In this document: positions 21,601 through 29,629 of the stretch, piece by piece
Numbering within the stretch: position 1 is the stretch's first letter
Layout of the letters: each line of letters opens with the position of its first letter
Assembly: GCA_965198225.1 (NCBI GenBank)
Contig: CBDAOY010000006.1
Span: forward strand, 288,001-352,000
DNA length: 64,000 nucleotides
Direction of reading: 5' to 3'
Origin: Terriglobia bacterium
GTDB taxonomy: Bacteria > Acidobacteriota > Terriglobia > 20CM-2-55-15
Notes under the pieces: model-generated
What the model was told of the DNA's origin: nothing
Databases searched by the model: none
The model's input: the letters and a program-made list of their open reading frames with translations, nothing else
Translations under genes and position numbers: made by a program

Positions 21601-22190
21601 CTGCCCTCTCGCCTGTTCAGGAGACATATAGGCGGCGGTTCCGAGGATGATCCCCTGTTGCGTCGCAGCCATGCTCAACGTTGGTGAGTTTGAGAGGCTG
21701 GCATCGGCACCGTCGCCGATGAAGGCCTTCGCCAACCCGAAGTCCAGCACCTTGACCTTGCCGTCGGGTGTGACCTTGATGTTTGCGGGCTTCAGATCCC
21801 GGTGGATGACGCCTTTTTTGTGTGCCGCTTCCAGCGCTTCGGCTATCTGGAGAGCCAGCTTGAGGGCTTCTTCGACCGGGATGGCACCGCGCTTCGCCGG
21901 TCCGCCAGCGTGTCGCCTTCGACGAGTTCGAGGACGAGGAAGCGGGTGCCTTCGTGTTCTTCGAGTCCGTATATTGCGGCGATGTTCGGATGATTCAATG
22001 ACGCCAGCAGCTTCGCTTCACGCTCGAACCGGGCCAGCCGCTCTTCATCCTTGGCGAACTCGTCGGGCAACGTCTTGATGGCAACTTCACGCCCGAGCTT
22101 GGAATCCTTCGCACGCCAAACCTCGCCCATACCGCCCTTTCCGAGGGCGGAGAGGATCTCGTAGCTGCCGAGTTGGGTGCCGGGGGTCAT
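18653..22190 (-). pseudogene. Ser/Thr kinase + TM + PD40 propeller (copy 6), frameshifted and IS5-interrupted
   Basis: MTPGTQLGSYEI start at 22190; frameshifts near 21895 and 19975; ORF pieces 19948-21750, 19673-19951 and 18653-18883 ending NWFEELKERVPVP. Confidence 0.9.
18870..19683 (-). mobile_element. IS5-family element (two-ORF transposase, 19640 to 18883)
   Basis: TIRs GGGCGTGTTAACACTAA / TTAGTGTTAACACGCCC inserted at CTAG; orfA GCKWRGLPKRFGNWHTIYTR; orfB GKSRGGWTTKIHL, MDRAY, YRRRNEVERLFRRLKGFRRI; A8 slippery run at 19316-19323. Confidence 0.93.
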
Positions 22191-23581
22191 TGGTTTTCTA
22201 GTTCCGCGGTCCAGTTGACGATGATCGTGACGGGAGGAGGGTCCAGGCTCAATATGATCACATCGTCTTGACTCCAACTCCCACCGGATGGCCGTGGCGG
22301 AGTTTCGGTGATCGTCTGGACCGCCCCTCCGCTGGCCGGGACTCGCTTGAGCAATCCGCCAGCAAAGAACCCTATGGATTCCCCATCCGGCGCCCAGAAT
22401 GGATACAGGGCCCCCTCGGTTCCTGCTAGCAGACGGGGAACCTCTTGATCCAGCCCCTGGATCCACAATTGTGGTGTCCTTGCACCACCGTCAAGAGGCA
22501 CACCGCCATATACGAAACGGCGACCATCAGGAGATAGGGCAAAGCCGAAACGCATGGATTTGGTATCGGGGACGACGGACAGCCGCGTCGGCTGAGCGGT
22601 AGGTTCTGAAGGTCCCGTAAACTGCTGTCCCACAACAGCGACAACTAACAGCAGTAGTGCAAGGGCCCACACCATTCGTTCTTTACGAAGGTTTCCGGGA
22701 ACAGTCGGTGCAGTTTCATCGACCACGGGTGGCGAAAATGCTCCCCCTAGTGCCAGGCGAACATCGCCAACGTCACGAATACGCTGCTTCTGATTCTTCT
22801 GTAGGCATCGCTGAATTGTGTTCGCGACTGCTGGCGGGGCGGAAGCGATTGCCTCCCAATCGGGTTCCTTCATCAGGATCGCAGCTAACGTCTCCGACAC
22901 ATCCGCGGCCTGAAACGCTAATTTGCCCGTCAGCAATTCATACAAGACGCATCCGAACGCCCAGACGTCGGTGCGTTTGTCGACGGTGCGGCCCTTCGCC
23001 TGTTCCGGCGACATGTAGGCCGCCGTTCCGAGGATTACGCCCTGTTGGGTTGCGGTCATGCTCAGGGTCGGGGAGTTCGATAGGTTCAAGTCTGAACCAT
23101 CCTCGGTAAAAGCTTTGGCGAGTCCGAAGTCAAGGACCTTCACTTTGCCTTCGGGTGTGACCTTGATGTTCAACGGCTTGAGATCGCGGTGGATGACACC
23201 TTTCTCGTGGGCGGCTTCGAGTGCCTCTGCAATCTGGAGGGCGAGCTTCAGCGATTCTTCGACAGGGATAGCGCCGCTCTTCAGCCGATCCGCCAGCGTG
23301 TCGCCTTCGACGAGTTCGAGGACCAGGAACCGTGTGCCGTGGTCTTCCTCGAGTCCGTGAATGGTCGCTATGTTCGGGTGATTCAGGGAAGCGAGTAATT
23401 TGGCTTCACGCTCAAACCGTGCCAGGCGTTCTCCGTCCTGTGCGAACTCTTCAGGGAGGGTCTTGATCGCTACTTCACGCCCGAGCTTGGAGTCCCGCGC
23501 ACGCCACACTTCGCCCATGCCACCCTTGCCGAGGGCAGAAACGACTTCATAGTGCGCGAGCTTTGAACCGGCCTGAATCAC
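22187..23581 (-). CDS. Ser/Thr kinase + TM with in-frame deleted propeller (copy 7, 464 aa)
   Basis: Complete kinase motifs and TM; about two propeller repeats fused in frame to the tail SLDPPPVTIIVNWTAELENQ. Confidence 0.85.
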   Translation of the reverse strand: MIQAGSKLAHYEVVSALGKGGMGEVWRARDSKLGREVAIKTLPEEFAQDGERLARFEREAKLLASLNHPNIATIHGLEEDHGTRFLVLELVEGDTLADRLKSGAIPVEESLKLALQIAEALEAAHEKGVIHRDLKPLNIKVTPEGKVKVLDFGLAKAFTEDGSDLNLSNSPTLSMTATQQGVILGTAAYMSPEQAKGRTVDKRTDVWAFGCVLYELLTGKLAFQAADVSETLAAILMKEPDWEAIASAPPAVANTIQRCLQKNQKQRIRDVGDVRLALGGAFSPPVVDETAPTVPGNLRKERMVWALALLLLVVAVVGQQFTGPSEPTAQPTRLSVVPDTKSMRFGFALSPDGRRFVYGGVPLDGGARTPQLWIQGLDQEVPRLLAGTEGALYPFWAPDGESIGFFAGGLLKRVPASGGAVQTITETPPRPSGGSWSQDDVIILSLDPPPVTIIVNWTAELENQ

Positions 23582-23857
23582 CCGTACATATAACTACAGT
23601 CACGGGTTAACAGCAATCAACAGTCACATGGTCGTGAAACGCCTTCGGGGTAAGTAGGAAACCTCCGAAAAACGGCCCTCGCTCGAAGAATCCAAGTTAC
23701 CGCGATGGCGACTATACATTCTTGTGGAAGCGCTCGACCAGAGCCTGGCGTTCGCCGTCCTTGAGAAGAGCCCACTCTTCTGCGTCAACCGGACTCTCAG
23801 AGTCGTAGCGCTTGCGGTGTAGGTGGCTCGGTCGCGCGTGCGGACTCGGCGTGCGCT

Positions 23858-23975
23858 CTAGTGTCCCGTAACCCGAGTATCGCTACACCTACCGATGGGG
23901 CTTGCGAGCCGAGATCGCGGAGTGAGCGAGGACTGATGCTCTCTCATCATGACGAGTGAACGACAAAGATGTCGG
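23858..23975. repeat. Truncated MITE/REP-like element
   Basis: Begins CTAGTGTCCCGTAAC, similar to the TIR start of the MITE at 50424; no partner end found. Confidence 0.35.
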
Positions 23976-24070
23976 CCCCGTTCTGTCCTATAATAGGCCC
24001 GTCTTCACACCACACGAGCGGTTGCGGGGCGGGTCGCGCACGCCCGCCTCCTCCGACACGGAGGTCTATA

Positions 24071-25267
24071 ATGGCGAATCCCTTCATCGGCCGGGCGCTG
24101 TCGGCGATTGCCGGCTTCTTGCTCCTGGCAACATCAGCCGCGACACAGCAGGTCCCTCAGCTCGATTCCTACGATGGAGTTGCCGTGCGGATCCTCCAGA
24201 GTAACAACGCCGGCGACATCCATCACATCATCGATCCGACGACCAACGAGGTAGTCGGGCTCATCAGGGGTTGCCCGAACCCCCATAACCTGACCGTCCA
24301 CCCGGATGGGCTCTATTACTACTGTTCGAACGAAATGGACCAGACCGTCGACGTCTTCGATACGAGGACGCTCGAGCTGGTTCTGCAGATTCCACTGTCT
24401 GCACGGCCGAACAAGATCCTGGTCCACAAGAAGCACCGGAAGATCTACGCCGGCATCGTGAGCCGCTCAGCCAATCCGCTCGGGCCCGGCTTCCAGGCCG
24501 ACGACCCGGACGGCCCGCTGCCTGCGGTGCTCGACGTGATCGACATCGACACCCACACGCTCATCAAGAGCATCGAGGTCCACCAACGGATCCACAACGT
24601 CTTCGCCACTCCGGACGAGAACTACGTGGTGGTCGGCATGAGGGGGACCGTGCGGCCCGGCGAGCCGACGATTCAGGTGATCGACCCGGTCACCGACACC
24701 GTGGCCTGGGGAATCGAGATGTCCGGGTACGAACAGTACGGCAGGACGCATCACGAGGTGCGCCCGATGGCCTTCGAGGCAGCCGATGATGGCTCGACCC
24801 GGCGCATTTTTGCGCAGGCGACGGGCATCAACGCCGTATGGGTGATCGATTGGAACACCCGCCAGGTGGTCGACATGCTGTGGCCGCCGCCGCTGCCGCT
24901 GTGGGAGAAGAACGCCGATGGGATCCAAAGCGGCGACATGCACGGCCTCGAGGTGCTCCCCGACCGGTCGGCGGTGTGGGCGTCGAGCCGCCTCGACAGC
25001 CGGATCTACGGCTGGAGCCTGCCGGATCTGAACTACATCGGCGCCGTGAAGGTTGGCCCGAGCGCCAACTGGATGACCGCGACGCCAGACAGCCGGTACA
25101 TGTACGTGGCGGTCTCTGGCAGCGACCACACGCTGGCCGTGGACCTCGAGAGCCTGGAGGTCGTCGCCACCATCAAGACCGGTGCGCGGCCGGCGCGCAT
25201 CAGCACGGCGATTCTGCCACCCGACCGCGTGAATCCCCCGGGAACCGGCATGCGATTACAGGAGTAG
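24071..25267 (+). CDS. Secreted YncE/YVTN-like beta-propeller protein
   Basis: GGAGG RBS, signal peptide, repeats such as HPDG..YY..N...TVDVFDT, TPDSRYMYVA and VATIKTGARP. Confidence 0.8.
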   Translation: MANPFIGRALSAIAGFLLLATSAATQQVPQLDSYDGVAVRILQSNNAGDIHHIIDPTTNEVVGLIRGCPNPHNLTVHPDGLYYYCSNEMDQTVDVFDTRTLELVLQIPLSARPNKILVHKKHRKIYAGIVSRSANPLGPGFQADDPDGPLPAVLDVIDIDTHTLIKSIEVHQRIHNVFATPDENYVVVGMRGTVRPGEPTIQVIDPVTDTVAWGIEMSGYEQYGRTHHEVRPMAFEAADDGSTRRIFAQATGINAVWVIDWNTRQVVDMLWPPPLPLWEKNADGIQSGDMHGLEVLPDRSAVWASSRLDSRIYGWSLPDLNYIGAVKVGPSANWMTATPDSRYMYVAVSGSDHTLAVDLESLEVVATIKTGARPARISTAILPPDRVNPPGTGMRLQE

Positions 25268-25273
25268 CGAGCC

Positions 25274-26125
25274 ATGAGTGCCAAACATTTCATCCTCACG
25301 CTCGGCCTCTTCCTGGCGCTGTCCACGTCTGCGGATTCGTTTGGGTTGCTTTCGTCCGCCGCCGCACAGTCGCCTGCGTTCCCGGGCCCATCGGATATCG
25401 AGACTTACCGGAACACCGTCGAGAGCGTCTTCATGGCCGATCGCGGTGGCACCATCGCCGGCTACGCGTCGTGCGTGATGTGCCACACCTGGCAGACGAG
25501 CGTGCGCTTCAGCCTGGAGACGCCCACCACCGAAGCCGGTTGGACCACCGAGCAGTCGCGGCGGAACTTCGACGTGGTGACCCAACTGGTGAACACGGCC
25601 AAGCCCGAGACCAGCCGGCTCCTGCTGAAGCCGCTCGCCGCCAACGCGGGGGGCCTCGGACACACCGGGGGGACCTACTGGACGTCGACGAGCGATCCCG
25701 AGTACCTATCTCTGCTCGGGTGGATCGAGAGCCTGCCCGCAGACCGGTACGTTTCCGGGCCCGAGCCAGAGCTTGATTTCGAGTTCTTTCGCGCGTGCGT
25801 GCAGCAGGTCTTCGCCAACCCCCGGGAGGGCCAGCTCCGCTGCAGCCGCTGCCATTCGGGGGGGCTCATGGGCTTTGCACCCGCTCCTCAGAGCGGCGAT
25901 GCGTGGAGCGACGAAGAGGCGCGGCGGGCCTACCGGGCGATCTCGCGCGTGATCATTCCGGGCAACCCCGAGCAGAGCCGTTTCCTGCTCAAGCCGCTCC
26001 ATCCCGACGGCGGAGGCGGCTACACGCACAATGGACCGCGACGCTGGCAGTCGCGTGACGACCCGGAATGGCAGATGCTGGCTGGATGGGTGCGGGGCGA
26101 ACGGACCGGCCAAAGCTGTCCATGA
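25274..26125 (+). CDS. Secreted diheme c-type cytochrome with internal duplication
   Basis: Signal peptide; CVMCH and CSRCH; each half has SR(L/F)LLKPL...GG..H..G..W.S..DPE....L.W. Confidence 0.8.
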   Translation: MSAKHFILTLGLFLALSTSADSFGLLSSAAAQSPAFPGPSDIETYRNTVESVFMADRGGTIAGYASCVMCHTWQTSVRFSLETPTTEAGWTTEQSRRNFDVVTQLVNTAKPETSRLLLKPLAANAGGLGHTGGTYWTSTSDPEYLSLLGWIESLPADRYVSGPEPELDFEFFRACVQQVFANPREGQLRCSRCHSGGLMGFAPAPQSGDAWSDEEARRAYRAISRVIIPGNPEQSRFLLKPLHPDGGGGYTHNGPRRWQSRDDPEWQMLAGWVRGERTGQSCP

Positions 26126-26332
26126 TCAACTGGGGCTCTGCCCCGGACCCTGTCCCTACCAGACTCTCCATCGCATTCGAAGTTGAGCCTGTGTGTAGCG
26201 AATTCCTCGCGGATCGAAAGAACCTCCTCGCCGACTTGTCCCTGGCGAATTACTATCTGATCAACGATCCTGACCTGGTCGTTGCGCGGCTGTGGATCGT
26301 CAACGAGTCATTCGTCGGTATGTCGATGGGAA

Positions 26333-26435
26333 GTGCGAGGACAATGAAGCGAGAGTTGTCGTGTTCTTCGAGTCCGTAGATCGCAGCGATGGCCGGGTGG
26401 TTGAGCGAAGCCAGGAGTTTGGCTTCACGTTCGAA
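26333..26435 (-). pseudogene. Internal kinase fragment
   Basis: FEREAKLLASLNHPAIAAIYGLEEHDNSRFIVL matches the array kinases. Confidence 0.8.
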
Positions 26436-26488
26436 TCCGAGCAACGCGTTCGGCATCTGGGGAAAAATCCACCTTTCCGAGTCGGCGA

Positions 26489-27850
26489 CTCCCGAGAACG
26501 GAGTCATGAGTTCACGCGGGAGTGAGATCGAAGCCCATTCGTTTCGCATGTTGACGAAGACGGGCTTCGTCTCGATCGCGATGCTGTTGTTCGTGTCGTC
26601 GGAAGACAGTTTCGTCGAAGGGATCTTTCGTGTCGAGCAGGTGAAACACGATACGCGCGATCTTGTGCGCAGTCGCGGTGATGGCTTGTGGTCGACCCAG
26701 ACGGCGGGACACGCGTCGGAAGAACTCTCCGAGATAGTTGTCGGCGTGATGAAGCGAATGAGCACCCAGACGGAGTGCGAGAGACAGGCGGTTGCGGACA
26801 CGTCGAGTCTTGGTGAAGAGGACCTTCCCACCAGTGATCTGGCGTTCCGGACACAAGCCGAGCCAGGATGCGAAAGCTGAAGCGTTTCGGAACTGAGATA
26901 CGTCGGTCCCGACCTCACACAGGATCGTGTGTGCAGTGACCGCACTGATGCCAGGGACATCGGTCAGGTCGACTCCGAAAACCCGGTATAACTCTCCACG
27001 CAAATCAAACGTTGTCGGTTCGTAGTGTCGGCGTTGATAGTACCTGTTCTTTGTCTGGGGCGGAGGTGTCGATTCCGACGCTTCGGTTTTCAAGTCGGCC
27101 ATCCGACGCTCGATCTCACCATCGACTTCCTGAACCAGCTGTTGGTAGTACCGGTAACCGCTCAGCGATTGCCGGAGTTGAACACGTGCTCGGAACTAGT
27201 CGCCTTCCAGGGATCGGGCTACCGTGTCTTGACTACTCCGGACTCGCGCGTGACACAGTTTGGCCAGTTTGACCGGGTCGCGATCGCCAGCAAGGATGGC
27301 GTCGATAATGCGCAGTCCGCTGACACCGGGATCGCTCAAGAACCTGCAGATTCATCTGATCCGACTTCTGCATGTGCAGCACGTGCTCTGCTGCCATCTG
27401 GATCAGTCGCCACAGCGCGTATGGCACAGATTTCACCGGGTGGTCTGAAGCTGGCTCGCAACGAATGGAGGTACTGGATCCACTGGCAGTCCGACACATC
27501 GCTTTTTCGGCCCGGGACATTCTTTACATACTGGGCATTGACCAAGCACACCTCAAATCGGGTCCAGGATCTTACACCTTCGACGCTGGTCGTCCGTATT
27601 TTGATCAAGCCAATCGGCCGCTCATGGCCGCTGCGTACCGGGTTGATCCGCGAAGCCAGGATAGTTCCCGCGGCGTCGGGCTTCACGATTCGAATCGAAA
27701 CGAGCAACGCGTTCGGGTCATCATCTGGCAACCCCGGACCCATGCTCCCAAGCGGGCTACTTCAAGCACCAATGTCGATTCGGGCTGTAACTGCCATCCG
27801 ACCGGTATGCCCACACCCTTTCCGACCTGTCGGCGACTGCTCCCAAGGAA
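26489..27850 (-). mobile_element. Degraded IS110-family element
   Basis: Fragments LVNAQYVKNVPGRKSDVSDCQW and DLTDVPGISAVTA...FASWLGLCP...ITGGK...AITATAHKIARIVF; several frameshifts; N-terminus missing; related end sequences TTCCTTGGGAG and GTTCTCGGGAG. Confidence 0.8.
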
Positions 27851-28003
27851 TAGAACCCTAAGGTATTGATAAATCACGGCAGGCCAAAAACCGGGAAAAC
27901 CGGTCAATCTGCCGCTCGACGGGAAATTCCCTGGCAACCTGTCGAGCTGGCGCAGCCGGCTAGTCTGCGGCTTATCGGGAGTTGGAATGCAAATCCGGGC
28001 CAC

Positions 28004-29619
28004 CTACGGCACCGGCACCTTTTCCTTCAACTCTTCATCCCAGTTCAGGATCACCCGGATCTCATCGTCCGACGGGTCGCTGATCATCAGGAAGCGGTCC
28101 CCGTCGGGATGGAGGTCGTATGAACGGAAGGTGGAGTCCGGATACCGGAACGGGCCATCGAAAAGCCGAACCCTTTCGCCGAAGGTCATCGTTGACGGGT
28201 CCGTGATCTCTGTCGCCCAGATCTGGTTTCCGTTGCGGTAGAACAACTCCCGGCCATCGGGCGACCACAGCGGTTCGATCCCGAAATCAACCGTGTGCAG
28301 GTCCCCGACGCAATCGAGCAAAGCGCATACGAATACCTGGTCGCGACCGCTTTCATCGGATGTGTAAGCCACCCAGTTGCCGTCGGGAGAAAACTGGGCG
28401 AAACGGTCGGAACCCGCGGTTTGGACAAGGAGTTCGGTCTTGTCGTCGTCGACCGACAACAGCCAGATGTCGGCGCCCGTGTCCGGGTGGACATTCCCGT
28501 ATGCGAGCAGACGCTTCTCCGGAAGCCAGGATTCCGGTTGTTGACTGAACTCCTGGTTCAGGATTTCCTGGGCCTGACCGCCCCCGGTCGCATCAATGGA
28601 GTAGAGGTTCATGCTCCCGGACGTGTTCTGGGCAAACACGAGACTCCTGCTGTCCATCCAGAGAAAGCTTAAAATTCGATCCGCTATCTTTGTCGGGACC
28701 CCGCTCGCAATGTCGGTCACGAGGAGCGCCCGGTCCTCCCTCCTCACGGCGACGCGATCGCCACCTGGGGACAGCCGGGGTATTCGGTAATGGCCGGCCG
28801 GTATACCCAGTGGCTCCACGTCTCCCTCTCGATCCACCCACACCAATGCTTCCCGCAGCGGGCGCGGGACATAAGAAAGGGTTCCATTACTCGCGATCGA
28901 ATAGACAAAACCGGTAACCGGGCCGCCCAAAACGTCCGTCAGGATACCGACGTTATTACCAACCGTTGACAGACTCTCCAGATCGAAGGGTGTCGCTGTA
29001 ACTTGTGCGGTCTGGGTGAAGATCAGATGGCCAGTCGGGATGTAGGAAACATCATAGCCAAAGCCTGGGACTAGTACACTCTCCCACTGCATCGTGTCGA
29101 ACGAAAGGACCCCGACGCTGTTCGAGGAAGACACCACGGTAAAAACGACGCCGCCCCCGTCGGGCAAGTAGTGGGGCAAGATGTGTCTTGCCGTCGGGAG
29201 TGACCTTGATGTTCGCAGGTTTCAGATCCCGGTGGATGACGCCTTTCTCATGCGCGGCTTCTAACGCCTCGGCAATCTGGAGTGACAGCCTGAGGGACTC
29301 TTCGACAGGCATCGCACCACGCTTCACCCGATCCGCGAGCGTGTCCCCTTCGACGAGTTCGAGGACGAGGAAGCGGGTGCCGCTGTCTTCTTCAAGGCCG
29401 TAGATGGCGGCAATGTTGGGATGGTTCAACGATGCGAGAAGCTTGGCTTCGCGTTCAAACCGGGCGAGTCGCTCTTCCTCTCGGGCAAACTCTTCGGGAA
29501 GGGTCTTGATCGCCACCTGGCGTCCCAGCTTCTGGTCGGTCGCCTGATACACCTCGCCCATTCCGCCACGGCCGAGCTCAGAAGTAAATTTCGTAATGTC
29601 CCAGCGTCTTTCCGATCAT
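28004..29619 (-). pseudogene. Ser/Thr kinase + propeller (copy 8), frameshifted and internally deleted
   Basis: MIGKTLGHYEI start at 29619, frameshift near 29589; kinase ends at KVTPDGK (about 29187) and is joined out of frame to propeller HILPHYLPDG...NWDEELKEKVPVP. Confidence 0.88.
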
Positions 29620-29629
29620 TTACTCTTCG

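Noticed and set aside
23925-23970. CTGATG...GACGA as a hammerhead ribozyme
   Set aside because: Core CTGATGA and GAAA are not both present; better explained as a MITE interior
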